Shown: one piece after another, positions 47,728 through 57,739 of the stretch | Layout: every line of letters starts with the position of its first letter | Position numbering within the stretch: position 1 is the stretch's first letter | The notes under the pieces: model-generated | Databases searched by the model: none | Told to the model about the DNA's origin: nothing | The model's input: the letters and a program-made list of their open reading frames with translations, nothing else | Program-made: the position numbers and the translations under genes | Source of the DNA: an uncultured Chloroflexia bacterium | GTDB lineage: Bacteria > Chloroflexota > Chloroflexia > Thermomicrobiales > UBA6265 | Direction of reading: 5' to 3' | DNA: 64,000 nt | Assembly (NCBI GenBank): GCA_963724295.1 | Contig: CAVRUC010000004.1 | Location: 128,001 to 192,000 of the forward strand

Positions 47728-50574
47728 ATGGCGACAACTCATTCTTCACCGGCCTCGACTTCGGTCGACGTCAGCTTCCCGGTGAGCGGGATGACCTGCG
47801 CCTCCTGTGTCAACCGCGTCGAGAAGGCAATCGGTAAGATCCCAGGGGTCGAACGGGCGGCGGTCAACCTGGCCACCGAGCGGGCAACCGTCAGCTATGA
47901 CCCCGGGCAGACGACCGTGGCCGACATTGCGGCGGCGGTCGAGCGCGCCGGCTATGGTGTGGCCGATATTCCTGCGGAGCCTGTCGTCGCTCCCGAACCT
48001 ACGCCACCGGCATACGCTGGCACGAACGGCAGCGGTGCAACCGTGTTCCCAGGAGCGACGGAAGCCGTCCTTCCTATAGAAGGCATGACGTGCGCCTCGT
48101 GCGTGCGCCGCGTCGAGAAGGGGTTGGCAAAGGTCCCCGGAGTCACCAGCGCGAACGTCAATCTGGCCACCGAGCGCGCCACGGTCGCCTATGACCCGGC
48201 CGTTGCCGACCTCGCCACCCTGCGCGGCGCGGTCGAGCGTGCTGGCTACCGCGTGGGCGAACTTCCAGTCGTCGAACCCACACCCGTCGCCCGGCAACAG
48301 GCCGCCTCCACTGCCGTGCCGGCCAGCGCCGTCGACCCGCGGGAGCGGGAGCGTGACCGCGAGCTTGCTGATCTCAAGCGCAAGTGGGTGGTCAGCCTGG
48401 TGATCGGCCTGGTGATGATGGCCGAGATGTACCTGCCGCTCGGGTGGGACATGACGGTTGTGGCGCCGTTGCTGCTTATCCAGGCGACTCTGGTCCAGGT
48501 TTGGGCGGGAGGCGTCTTCTATCGCACCGCCTGGGCGGCGGCCCGTCACGGCGGCACGAACATGAGCACGTTGGTCGCGGTCGGCACCAGCGCCGCCTAT
48601 GGCTACAGCGCCTTCGTCACTCTCTGGCCGCAGCTGGCCGCGCTTTGGGGCTTCCCGTTCCACCTCTATTACGAGGTGGCGGTGATCGTGATCGCCCTCA
48701 TCCTGCTCGGTCGCTGGCTGGAGGCGAGGGCCAAGAAACAGACCGGCGCCGCAATCAAAGCGCTGTTCGGTCTCCAGGCGAAGACCGCCCGCGTCATCCG
48801 CAACGGTATCGAGCAGGACATCCCCATCGAGCAGGTTGTCGTCGGCGATCTGGTCCGGGTTCGCCCGGGCGAGAAAGTGCCGGTCGACGGCGTGGTAACC
48901 GAGGGTCGCTCGGCGCTCGACGAGAGCATGCTGACCGGCGAAAGCCTCCCCGTGGACAAGGAACCGGGCGACACCGTCATCGGCGCAACACTCAACAAGA
49001 CGGGCAGCTTCGTCTTCCGCGCTACCAAGGTCGGTCGCGATACGACGCTGGCCCAGATCGTTCGCCTGGTGGAGCAGGCCCAGGGCTCGAAGGCCCCGAT
49101 GCAGCGGCTGGCGGACACGATCTCGAGCTACTTCGTGCCCATCGTGCTGGTGCTGGCGGCGTTGACGTTCGCCGCCTGGCTCGCCTTTGGACCATCTCTG
49201 GTCTTCGCCCTCACGGCCACGATCGCGGTCCTGATCATCGCTTGCCCGTGCGCTCTGGGCCTGGCGACACCGACCGCGATCATGGTCGGCACCGGGAAGG
49301 CGGCCGAGTACGGCATCCTCGTCCGCGGTGGCGAAGCGCTGGAGATGACCCGCAAGATCGACACGATCGTGCTCGACAAGACGGGCACACTGACGCGAGG
49401 CAAGCCGGCGGTAACGGCGGTCGTGCCGGTTGACGGGCTCACGGAGCGCGAGCTGCTGCGGCTGGCTGCCGCGGCGGAGGTCGGTTCGGAGCACCCTCTG
49501 GGTGAGGCCATCGTGCTGCGGGCCCGCGAGCTGGGAGTCGACCTGCCGCCGGCGGCGACGTTCCGCTCGATCACCGGCAAGGGCATCGAGGCCGAGATCG
49601 ATGGCCACGGCGTGGCCATCGGCAACCGCGCCCTGATCGCGCAGACCGGTATCGCCCTCGACGGTCTGGCTTCACGGGCGGAAGACGTGGCATTGACCGG
49701 CGCGACGCCGATCTTTGTCACGGTCGACGGCCGCCCGGCCGGACTGATCGCGGTCGCCGATACCCTCAAGCCGGAGTCGCTGGAGGCGGTGGCGGAGCTG
49801 GCGGCGCTCGGACTCGAGGTCTGGATGCTGACCGGCGACAACCGGGCGACGGCTGAGGCGATCGCCCGCGAGGTCGGCATCGCGCCCGAGCACGTGCTGG
49901 CCGAGGTGCTGCCGGATGAAAAGGCGGCCAAAGTCACGGCACTGCAGGCGCAAGGCAAGACCGTGGCGATGGTCGGCGACGGGATCAACGACGCCCCGGC
50001 GCTGGCCCAGGCAGACCTTGGCATTGCCATCGGCACCGGCACGGACGTGGCGATCGCCGCCTCTGACATCACCCTCGTCGGCGGCGATCTGCGCACGATC
50101 GTGACGGCGATCGCCCTCTCGCGCAAGACCGTGGGCACCATCAAGCAGGGGTTGTTCTGGGCTTTCGGCTACAACGTGGTGCTGATCCCGGTGGCGATGG
50201 GGCTGCTCTGGCCTCTCTTCGGCATCCTCCTCAATCCAGTGCTGGCGGCGGCGGCGATGGCGATGAGCAGTGTCAGCGTGGTGACGAATGCGCTGCGGCT
50301 GCGCAGTTTCCGTCCCGCGGCAAACGTCCAGGAGATCCTTCATCCACCGCTGCGAACGCGGATTGCCGACTGGGGGTATCTGGCGGCGATCGCGATCCTG
50401 GCCCTGGCCATCGGCGCCGGCGCGCTCTGGCTGAGCGAGCGCGGCGGGATGGGTGTCGGCAGTGGTATGGAGGGGATGAGCGCCCCAATGGGACAACAAC
50501 CGGCCGGCGAGTCGCCGGCTGTCGTCTCGCTCGAGCTCGCAACGTCCAGACTCTTCAGCTGGGATGGGGCATAG
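47728..50574 (+). CDS. copA: P1B-1 Cu(I)-translocating ATPase with two HMA domains
   Basis: 2x GMTCASC, TGES, CPC, DKTGT, SEHP, GDGIND, YN, MAMSS. Confidence 0.96.
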   Translation: MATTHSSPASTSVDVSFPVSGMTCASCVNRVEKAIGKIPGVERAAVNLATERATVSYDPGQTTVADIAAAVERAGYGVADIPAEPVVAPEPTPPAYAGTNGSGATVFPGATEAVLPIEGMTCASCVRRVEKGLAKVPGVTSANVNLATERATVAYDPAVADLATLRGAVERAGYRVGELPVVEPTPVARQQAASTAVPASAVDPRERERDRELADLKRKWVVSLVIGLVMMAEMYLPLGWDMTVVAPLLLIQATLVQVWAGGVFYRTAWAAARHGGTNMSTLVAVGTSAAYGYSAFVTLWPQLAALWGFPFHLYYEVAVIVIALILLGRWLEARAKKQTGAAIKALFGLQAKTARVIRNGIEQDIPIEQVVVGDLVRVRPGEKVPVDGVVTEGRSALDESMLTGESLPVDKEPGDTVIGATLNKTGSFVFRATKVGRDTTLAQIVRLVEQAQGSKAPMQRLADTISSYFVPIVLVLAALTFAAWLAFGPSLVFALTATIAVLIIACPCALGLATPTAIMVGTGKAAEYGILVRGGEALEMTRKIDTIVLDKTGTLTRGKPAVTAVVPVDGLTERELLRLAAAAEVGSEHPLGEAIVLRARELGVDLPPAATFRSITGKGIEAEIDGHGVAIGNRALIAQTGIALDGLASRAEDVALTGATPIFVTVDGRPAGLIAVADTLKPESLEAVAELAALGLEVWMLTGDNRATAEAIAREVGIAPEHVLAEVLPDEKAAKVTALQAQGKTVAMVGDGINDAPALAQADLGIAIGTGTDVAIAASDITLVGGDLRTIVTAIALSRKTVGTIKQGLFWAFGYNVVLIPVAMGLLWPLFGILLNPVLAAAAMAMSSVSVVTNALRLRSFRPAANVQEILHPPLRTRIADWGYLAAIAILALAIGAGALWLSERGGMGVGSGMEGMSAPMGQQPAGESPAVVSLELATSRLFSWDGA

Positions 50575-50638
50575 GACCGCAGCGATTGTTGCCAGCCGCG
50601 CGATCTGCGCGGCATAGAACGATAGAGAGGAAAACCCG

Positions 50639-50860
50639 ATGGCATCGATGATGGAACACGCGACGCTCACCGCTCCCGATATCTCCTGCGGACATTGCGT
50701 GGCCACGATCAAGGAAGAGGTCGGCGCGCTGCCGGGCGTGGCCAGCGTCGAGGCCGATCCGTCCACCAAGCGGGTCGAGATCGACTTCGATCCGGGCCGG
50801 GTCTCGCTGGCGCAGATCGAAGCGGCGCTTGATGAGGCGGGATACCCGGTCGCCAGGTAA
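50639..50860 (+). CDS. copZ: Copper chaperone (HMA domain)
   Basis: DISCGHC..EAGY; GAGAGGA RBS. Confidence 0.92.
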   Translation: MASMMEHATLTAPDISCGHCVATIKEEVGALPGVASVEADPSTKRVEIDFDPGRVSLAQIEAALDEAGYPVAR

Positions 50861-50998
50861 TCCGATCTGCGGACCGTGCGGTGCTCGCGGTTTTCAGGCG
50901 CGAGTGCCGCATTCTCTCGATATAGTCCGCCCCGGAACGCACCCGATTCCTCGACCGTTGCAGACGGCAGAGCGTGGGACGCGGGAAGGAGCACCAGC

Positions 50999-51559
50999 GT
51001 GGACGAACGAGAGTTCGACCGCATCGCGCGGTCCTGGGCGACGCGGACGAGTCGGCGCCGCGCGCTGCGATTCGTGGGCATTGGTTCCCTATTTGCCTGG
51101 TGGCACCGAGCCGCGCGTGATTCCACCGCACAGGAGATCGCCGGACCGGCGCCATGCTCGCAGGATGCCGACTGTCTCGATGGCGACGCCGATGCCTGCA
51201 CCGGCGGCACGTGCCTTGACGGGCTTTGCGCCTACTTCATCGTCGACTGCATCCCCGGTCACATCTGTTGCGGCAATGGCGCCTGCTGCCCGGTCGAGGA
51301 AGGCGGCAGCTGCGTGGCGGATACCGACTGCATCCCCGCTAGTGGTGATCCATGTGAGGGAGCTCGTTGCGAAGGCGGGAGCTGCGCGCCCTTCCTCGCC
51401 ACCTGCGCTCCTGACTTCGCGTGTTGCGGAAATGGCACCTGTTGTCCCGTTGGGGGCGGGTGCGTGGCGGACGCGGATTGCACCGCGTTCCCGTCGGTTC
51501 TGGGTCTTGGCACGCGGTGCATCAGCGGAGTGTGCGTCCCAGGCACCGCTCCGGCTTAG
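50999..51559 (+). CDS. Secreted Cys-rich repeat protein with MDxxxFD/twin-arginine leader
   Basis: AAGGAG RBS, GTG start; MDEREFDRIAR..SRRRAL; 2.5 repeats of C..D.DC..C..C..C..C..CCGNG.CCP. Confidence 0.8.
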   Translation: MDEREFDRIARSWATRTSRRRALRFVGIGSLFAWWHRAARDSTAQEIAGPAPCSQDADCLDGDADACTGGTCLDGLCAYFIVDCIPGHICCGNGACCPVEEGGSCVADTDCIPASGDPCEGARCEGGSCAPFLATCAPDFACCGNGTCCPVGGGCVADADCTAFPSVLGLGTRCISGVCVPGTAPA

Positions 51560-52116
51560 TGGTGCTGTAGCTCGGTGTCGCGCTGCCGAGCCGCATCGAA
51601 AGCGGCCAGACCCGCCGCCCAGGCTGCTTCCAGGTTCGCGTCCGCGGGGAACCTCCGATCGAGCTCGAGAATCACCATGCCGTGGGCAAAGGCCCAGACG
51701 GCTCGCGCCAGATCCGGGTCGCCGACCGCCTGCACGAGCGGCGCCGCGGCGCGCGCCTCCACGCCGGGGCGAAGACGCTCCCTCGGCAGCGGCCCCGCGG
51801 TCATTAGCCGATAGAGGTGCGGATGCGATCGAGCGAAGACTCGGTAGGCGGTGGCAAGCTGCAAGAGCGAGTCCTCGCCGCTCGCCAGGGCGGCTTCGAA
51901 GCGTGCAGCGATCTCCTCGAACCCATCGTTGATCAGCGCGATCTCGACGGCCGCCTTGTCGGGAAAGTGCTTGTAGAGCGAGGGCGCACGAATACCGACG
52001 GCGTCACCCAGGCGGCGCATGGTCAGACCGTCCGGTCCCTCACGCTCCAGGATCTGGCGGGCGGCAGAGACGATCGCCCGCGCGCGTGGACTCAGCATCG
52101 CCGGTTCAACAGGCAC
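51556..52116 (-). CDS. TetR family regulator (WHG-type C-terminus)
   Basis: LTMRRLGDAVGIRAPSLYKHFPDK; WAFAHG. Confidence 0.92.
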   Translation of the reverse strand: MPVEPAMLSPRARAIVSAARQILEREGPDGLTMRRLGDAVGIRAPSLYKHFPDKAAVEIALINDGFEEIAARFEAALASGEDSLLQLATAYRVFARSHPHLYRLMTAGPLPRERLRPGVEARAAAPLVQAVGDPDLARAVWAFAHGMVILELDRRFPADANLEAAWAAGLAAFDAARQRDTELQHH

Positions 52117-52137
52117 GTTAGCGCTCAGGACCGCGGG

Positions 52138-52587
52138 CTAGCGCGACGACGAGGACTGTTCGGCGCGCGCTTTGAGCGCCTGGTTCATCGCCTCGAATCC
52201 TTGCCGGGTGCCGCGTTCGATGAATCGGAAAACGAGTGGGGCCAGCAGCCCTGTAAAGCGCTCTTCCTGAACGAAGCGCACGTGGTCAGTCCCCAGAGGC
52301 TCGATGCGGAAGCGGTGCTCGCCATCGAACAGGCGGGGGATACCCAGATGACCCAACCAGCGCAACTCCTGAGACGGTGCGGCGGCGAGAACCGTCGGGC
52401 GCATGCGCATGCCGCGACCTCCCGGAGGTTGCAATTGGACGTCCAGCCGGGAGCCGGTCTCGAGAGATCCATTGAGCCGGGGGATGAACGGATTCCATTG
52501 AGGGTACGCCGCGAAATCGGTCAGGACGTCCCAGACCCGCTGCGGGCTGGCCTGGATCGCGGTCTCCGTGTGCAGTTCGGATGACAT
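52138..52587 (-). CDS. SRPBCC (START-like) domain protein
   Basis: VWDVLTDFAAYPQWNP, ELRWLG, FDGEH, MNQALKARAE. Confidence 0.9.
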   Translation of the reverse strand: MSSELHTETAIQASPQRVWDVLTDFAAYPQWNPFIPRLNGSLETGSRLDVQLQPPGGRGMRMRPTVLAAAPSQELRWLGHLGIPRLFDGEHRFRIEPLGTDHVRFVQEERFTGLLAPLVFRFIERGTRQGFEAMNQALKARAEQSSSSR

Positions 52588-52608
52588 CAGGATTCTCCCT
52601 CTGTATTG

Positions 52609-52655
52609 GCTAACGTCGTTAGCTCAAACTTAGGCTAACAACGTTAGCTTGTCAA
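52609..52655 (-). promoter_or_regulatory. Sigma70 promoter (TTGACA-N17-TAAGTT) overlapped by two GCTAAC-N3-GTTAGC TetR operators
   Basis: Palindromes at 52609-52623 and 52634-52648; -35 at 52650-52655, -10 at 52627-52632. Confidence 0.8.
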
Positions 52656-52982
52656 GGGCTTCTCGTTTTAGGACTCCGCGCCGATGCGATGCGTGTGTTG
52701 GTTTTGGACTGAAGATCAGGGCCAGCAGTCAAGCAGGTCCCTCGCGCCAAACGCCCTATCGGGACGCATCGTCGCTGAATCGGCCCACCCGAGCCGCATC
52801 GACCGAGGTGAAGGGAACCACATACGAGGTCGCTTACTGGCTGGGAGGCGACGGTTCCCGTTCGACCACGTAGTAGGCACCGTTGCGCGCGGTCACCAGG
52901 ATCAATTGCTTTCCTTCCAGCTCGGGAAGACTGGGAACCCCATTTCCGGCCGGACAGAGTTGATACGTATTGAGTAAACCTC

Positions 52983-53012
52983 TTGACATCAAACCGAGTA
53001 ATCATTGATATT
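52983..53012 (+). promoter_or_regulatory. Candidate promoter of hsp20 (TTGACA-N18-GATATT)
   Basis: Consensus -35 in an AT-rich patch; -10 imperfect. Confidence 0.5.
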
Positions 53013-53108
53013 AATGTCCGTAGACGGATCGGCCGGCTTTTCGGCCACTGTCGTTCGGTTCAGGTTCGCTGAGAGGCGCACGTGGATTGCGCGATGGAGG
53101 TGAGAGCC

Positions 53109-53612
53109 ATGGTGAACACGTTCCCGTTTGGTTCTGATTTCGTCCAGCTGCGGCAGGCGATGCAGGAGCTGCTGCAGGACAGCTTCGTTCCCTCGGGTGG
53201 ATCGCGCTCACCCTGGAGTACCGGCTCCGGAGCAATGGCGCGACCGATACCCCTCGATGTCTACGCCACACCGGATGAGGCGGTGGTCATCGCGGCGGTT
53301 CCGGGGATGAGTCCCGAGAACCTCGAGATTACCTACTCCGACAACACATTGACGCTGTCTGGCTCCCTGCCAGGTGCGGCCCAAAGCGAGCAGGGCCAGA
53401 ACGCGACGTGGTACCTGCGTGAGTTGTGGTCCGGGCAGTTCCAGCGAACGGTCACTCTGCCCTTTGAGGTCGACCCCGCCCAAGCCCAGGCCAGCTTCGA
53501 GCACGGCATCGTGCGTATCACTCTGCCAAAAGCCGACTGGGCCAAGCCCCACAAGATCGCCATCAAGGCAAACACCGGCCAGCAGGCGATCGGAGCTGGC
53601 GCCAGCAGCTAG
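53109..53612 (+). CDS. Hsp20/alpha-crystallin small heat shock protein
   Basis: PLDVY, VPG, LTLSG, RE..SGQFQRTVTLP, FEHGIVRITLPK; GGAGGTGA RBS. Confidence 0.93.
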   Translation: MVNTFPFGSDFVQLRQAMQELLQDSFVPSGGSRSPWSTGSGAMARPIPLDVYATPDEAVVIAAVPGMSPENLEITYSDNTLTLSGSLPGAAQSEQGQNATWYLRELWSGQFQRTVTLPFEVDPAQAQASFEHGIVRITLPKADWAKPHKIAIKANTGQQAIGAGASS

Positions 53613-53642
53613 CACCGCCAAGCTCCGGACCGGAGTGTGGAC

Positions 53643-53669
53643 AGCGGCCGGGCACTGAGCCCGGCCGCT
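53643..53669. terminator. 11-bp GC hairpin between convergent genes
   Basis: AGCGGCCGGGC-actga-GCCCGGCCGCT; no clear U-tract. Confidence 0.5.
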
Positions 53670-53768
53670 CGTCGTTGGTGTCCGCATGGAGAATCTTTTA
53701 TGTCGACGAAGGCTGCGGGGAGATCGCTCGCCCAGTAGCCGGCTAGGCGCACCGTCCTCTGCAACTCG

Positions 53769-54326
53769 TTACCAATCGGCGATCAAGTCGCTACGGTCGA
53801 GGGTCGACCAGGGCGTGGGGGCCACCGGAGGACCCAGACCGTGAAACCGGCCGCGGTAATAGAGGAGCGGTGGTGCGTCCGGATTGCGTCCGCATCCGAC
53901 CACCTCGCCCACGAAGCAGCTGTGGTCGCCCATCATCACGACCTGACTCACGCGGCAGTCGAACCAGGCGGCAGCCTGGGCCAGGATCGGCGGCTCGATC
54001 TCGCGCCGCACAACCTCGACGCCGGAGAACCCGGCCCAACCACTCGGGCGAGCCGAATTCGCGAAGCGCCGCGCCAGCCCGTGATCGGCCTGGCTGAGCA
54101 GATTGACGGTAAAACTGCCGCTTTGCGTGAGGCATTCGTGCATGCGGCTCCTGAGCGAAAAGAAGACCGCCAGGAGTGGTGGATCGAGCGACGCAACAAC
54201 GCCAGAGCTGGCCGTAGCCCCATGTGGTTCTCGATCGACCATCGCGATCACGATCGCCACGCCGCTCGCGACCTGACCGGCGGAGCCGCGAAAGACCTGC
54301 CGCTGGTCCTCACGCGACTGAGCCAC
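53769..54326 (-). CDS. Flavin reductase (HpaC/RutF-like)
   Basis: SGVAIV, SLDPPLL, FTVNLL, GDH..FVGEV, PLLYYRG. Confidence 0.9.
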   Translation of the reverse strand: MAQSREDQRQVFRGSAGQVASGVAIVIAMVDREPHGATASSGVVASLDPPLLAVFFSLRSRMHECLTQSGSFTVNLLSQADHGLARRFANSARPSGWAGFSGVEVVRREIEPPILAQAAAWFDCRVSQVVMMGDHSCFVGEVVGCGRNPDAPPLLYYRGRFHGLGPPVAPTPWSTLDRSDLIADW

Positions 54327-54340
54327 CCAATCCCCCGCCC

Positions 54341-55537
54341 CTACCAGATTGTCTCCACCGGCTGCCCGAGCGCCATCCGCCCCGCATAGATTAGCGTCTT
54401 CTCCGGGTTGATTGGATGGAACATCCCGGCGCGGACATCGCGGTATGCCCGCTCCAGAGGTGACCGCCGGAAATAGGCCGAGCCGCCGACGGCCTCCATG
54501 GCCAAACCAACGACTTCAACCGCCTCGGTCACCACCTCTCGCTTTGCCAGCATCACCAACGCCAGTGCCGCGTCGTCGGGCGTGTAGTCCTCCCCGAGCT
54601 CGCCGAGGGCGCCGACAAGTGACCACCAGGCAACCTTCAGCTTGTGATCCATCAACCCGATGAGCCGCTGGCTTGTCGGGTCCTGGGCGAGGGGTTGGCC
54701 GTCCCCGCTGCGCCGATCGCTGACCACGCGCACCGCCTCGTCGCGGGCGGCAGCGGCCACGCCAAAGTAGACAGCGGCGACCGGCGGGGCGAAGTGGACG
54801 CCGGCGTTGCGGAGTGCCGGGTCGACCTTGCCCCACGGGCGACGCGCGACAATCTGCCCGTCGGAGACGTTCACGTTCTCGAGCTGAACATCGTGGCTGG
54901 CGGTCGCCCGCATGCCCAGCGTGTCCCAGGTCTCGACAACCTGAAAGCCCTCACTCGTCGTGGGTATTCCCATGAGGAGAACGGTCGTTCCCTCCTCCGG
55001 GTCGTCGTAGACCGCCATGGTGACGAGCACGTCGGCGGCAGGCGCCTGGCTGCAGAACATCTTCCGCCCGCTGACCCGGAACCCGCCGTTATCCCGGACA
55101 GCGGTCCCGCTGGGCCAGATGCCATCTGATCCGCCGCTGGTCATGAGGATGATCCCGTCGTCGGCGACCCGCCGCAGGACACCCTCCACTGGGGCGCCAT
55201 GGCGCCAGCGATATGCATTCGCCAACACCAGGTAGTGGTGCATGTTGACCGCGAGCGCGGTAGACGCGCAATGTTTGGCAAGTTCGGCCTGCGCGTAACA
55301 GACCTGACGCATCGACGCCCCGAGGCCACCCAGCTCCACGGGACCTGCGAGGCGGAGGTAACCTTGCTCCCGCATCCTCGCGAAGTTCTCGGTGGGAAAA
55401 GTGTTCTCGCGGTCGTGTTCCGCCGCCCGGCCGCTGAACTCCTGCCCAAGTTCGGCCGCCAGTGCAACGAACCGGTCGTCGTCTGATTCCATTGGCGCGG
55501 GACGGAATCCCGGATTGACGGCTGAGAGCGTGTCCAT
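54341..55537 (-). CDS. Acyl-CoA dehydrogenase-fold protein, probably the oxygenase of a two-component flavin monooxygenase
   Basis: ELGGLG, GRKMFCS, WDTLGMRATASH, LERAYRDVRAG; adjacent flavin reductase. Confidence 0.85.
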   Translation of the reverse strand: MDTLSAVNPGFRPAPMESDDDRFVALAAELGQEFSGRAAEHDRENTFPTENFARMREQGYLRLAGPVELGGLGASMRQVCYAQAELAKHCASTALAVNMHHYLVLANAYRWRHGAPVEGVLRRVADDGIILMTSGGSDGIWPSGTAVRDNGGFRVSGRKMFCSQAPAADVLVTMAVYDDPEEGTTVLLMGIPTTSEGFQVVETWDTLGMRATASHDVQLENVNVSDGQIVARRPWGKVDPALRNAGVHFAPPVAAVYFGVAAAARDEAVRVVSDRRSGDGQPLAQDPTSQRLIGLMDHKLKVAWWSLVGALGELGEDYTPDDAALALVMLAKREVVTEAVEVVGLAMEAVGGSAYFRRSPLERAYRDVRAGMFHPINPEKTLIYAGRMALGQPVETIW

Positions 55538-55711
55538 TACATCCTCCAGATGCTGGCATTCCCGCCCGGTTCGGCAGCGAGTCTGTGTATCCGAGTCAGG
55601 GTGTCGTGCGAGCCTCCACTATCGGCTCGTCTTCCCATCGTAAAGGTGGATCACTCCGGCTCAAGTACAATAAATGGAGCCCACGGCGCAACAAGCGAAG
55701 AGGAGTGCCAG

Positions 55712-56413
55712 GTGACAAGGTATGGCCAGTTCTGTCCCGTCGCCAAAGCATCAGAGATTTTCGCCGAGCGGTGGACGCCCTTGATCTTGCGCGAGCTTCT
55801 CTGTGGAAGCCATCGCTTCAGCGAGCTCGAACATGGTTTGCCGAAGATCTCACGGTCTCTTCTGGCGCAGCGGCTACGATTCCTGGAAAGCGCCGGATTG
55901 GTCGAGCGTCGAGTCATGCCAGGCAGCCGTTCGCCTGAGTACCACCTCACCGACGCGGGCCAGGATCTTTACGACGTCGTCATCAGGCTCGGAGAGTGGA
56001 GCCACAGATGGTTCAATCCCCTCATCGACGAGCGTGATCTCGATCCTCAACTCCTTTTGTGGGACATGCACCGGCGTCTCCACAAGGATTGCCTACCCGA
56101 TCGGCGGGTCGTCGTTCAGTTCGACTTCACCGGGGATCTGGCCGGCAGCTACTGGCTCATATTGGAGCCGGAAGAGTCGTCCGTCTGCTGGGATCCGCCG
56201 GGGTTCGATGTCGACCTCATCGTCCGCGCCGACACGCTGACGATGCACCGGGTCTGGCTCGGCCACCAATCGTTTGCCGACGCGCTCAGCAAGCGCCTGA
56301 TCGAGCTGGACGGGGCCCGAGAGTTGGCCCGAGCGTTCCCAGACTGGCTTGCCCTCAGTCACTTCGCCTCGGTCAGAGGAACCTATCAGGCCTCCCCGGC
56401 GGCGAGCGCGTGA
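55712..56413 (+). CDS. HxlR-family winged-helix regulator with SCP2-like C-terminus
   Basis: YGQFCPVAKASE...ERWTPLILREL, EYHLTDAG, LLWDMHR; GAGGAG RBS. Confidence 0.9.
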   Translation: MTRYGQFCPVAKASEIFAERWTPLILRELLCGSHRFSELEHGLPKISRSLLAQRLRFLESAGLVERRVMPGSRSPEYHLTDAGQDLYDVVIRLGEWSHRWFNPLIDERDLDPQLLLWDMHRRLHKDCLPDRRVVVQFDFTGDLAGSYWLILEPEESSVCWDPPGFDVDLIVRADTLTMHRVWLGHQSFADALSKRLIELDGARELARAFPDWLALSHFASVRGTYQASPAASA

Positions 56414-56441
56414 GCTGCCGTGCTACGCCGGCCGCGCCCGC

Positions 56442-56705
56442 TCACTCCTCACAACCTCCGCCCCAGTGCTCGAGCACGCGCTCGGTTGGGACCAACCACT
56501 CACACCACGGACACGTGACGAACTCGCAGGCGACCAGCGGAGCATGGCACCAGCCACACTCGGCAGTCTGCTCTCCCGCGATCCACGCCGGCCAGATGGC
56601 GTGCGCGCACTGCCAGCCGGACTCAGAGACTACTTCCGGCAGCAGCTCGTCTTCATTCACCGCACCCTGGTCGTCCGTGGTCTGCACGACCAACCGAAAT
56701 TTCAT
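56442..56705 (-). CDS. Possible small Cys/His-rich (zinc-ribbon-like) protein
   Basis: CAH, CGWC, CPWC, H..C in 87 aa; no clear RBS. Confidence 0.35.
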   Translation of the reverse strand: MKFRLVVQTTDDQGAVNEDELLPEVVSESGWQCAHAIWPAWIAGEQTAECGWCHAPLVACEFVTCPWCEWLVPTERVLEHWGGGCEE

Positions 56706-56911
56706 GAGGGAATAGTCGCATCCCATGCGGCTGGCACACAGCCAGCGGGCGGAGAACATACCGTGCTGAGCGCCAAGCTCGGTGTGATGACACGGTGCTG
56801 GGACGGCGGGCAGTTCGGCATGCACATCCGGGAAGAGGTGCCTCGGCTTTACGGGAGGGAGGCCGCCGGAGTACAAGAGCGGCGCTCGCACGCTGGCCCT
56901 GGAGGGATCGA

Positions 56912-57535
56912 ATGACGATCGATAGATTCGCCCGCCCTGCGCTGCTCGTCGTCGATATGCAGAACGATTTCGTGCGCGTCGGCGCCCCGCTGGAAGTCCC
57001 CGAGGCGCGTGCCACGATTCCCGTGCACCAGACGCTGCTCGACGCCTGTCGCGAGTTGGGCATCCCTGTGATCTACACGAAGTTCGTGGCTGGTCCGGAG
57101 CCGATCCTGCTCTGGGAGTGGTCGCCCGTCCACGCCCCACCGGTCTGCAGCTGCTGGAAGGGCGTTCAGCGCTACTACCCGGACGTGGCCAGGGAGCTCG
57201 ACTGCTCGGACATCATCGAGGAGCTCTACCCGGTTCCCGGCGAACCGATCGTCGAAAAATTCGGCTATGGCGCCTTTCACGACACCAACCTCGACGATCT
57301 GCTGAAGGATCGCGGGGTGGACTCGGTGCTGGTGACCGGCACGGTCACCCAGATCTGCGTCGAGGAGACGGCGCGCGAGAGCTCGAAGCGGGGCTACCGG
57401 ACGACCATCATCTCCGATGCCGTCTCTTCCTACATGCCGGACCTCCACGCCGCGGTGCTGAAGAACTTCTCCCTCAAGTTCGGGTGGGTATCTCCTGCGG
57501 CAGAAGTGATCGCCGAGTTGCGGCAGCGGGTTTGA
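56912..57535 (+). CDS. Isochorismatase-family cysteine hydrolase
   Basis: VVDMQND, EKFGYGAF, TQICVE; GGAGG RBS. Confidence 0.9.
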   Translation: MTIDRFARPALLVVDMQNDFVRVGAPLEVPEARATIPVHQTLLDACRELGIPVIYTKFVAGPEPILLWEWSPVHAPPVCSCWKGVQRYYPDVARELDCSDIIEELYPVPGEPIVEKFGYGAFHDTNLDDLLKDRGVDSVLVTGTVTQICVEETARESSKRGYRTTIISDAVSSYMPDLHAAVLKNFSLKFGWVSPAAEVIAELRQRV

Positions 57536-57578
57536 GCTATTGGCTATTGGCCTTCTTATTACTCACAACTCACGACTC

Positions 57579-57602
57579 GCCGTCTTGCCGTCTTGCCGTC
57601 TC
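57579..57602. repeat. (GCCGTCT)n heptamer repeat
   Basis: gccgtcttgccgtcttgccgtct, same unit as at 13.3, 14.4 and 17.9 kb. Confidence 0.7.
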
Positions 57603-57739
57603 CGACCGACAGCCCCGACCGCCATTGACACCCCGGAAAGGGGGTGCCTATGATCGGTCTCTTCACACGGTCTGGCGCCATGTGGTCGCCAGGCGCACCC
57701 GCGACACGAGCTGGAAACTAGAAAGGGGCGGAGTGGCGG

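Noticed and set aside
52649..52977. Short ORFs between SRPBCC and hsp20
   Set aside because: No RBS or recognisable motif; treated as intergenic
52955..53015. HAIR (HspR) or CIRCE operator before hsp20
   Set aside because: Three GAGT half-sites are present but none has a convincing ACTCAAG partner, and no CIRCE sequence is seen
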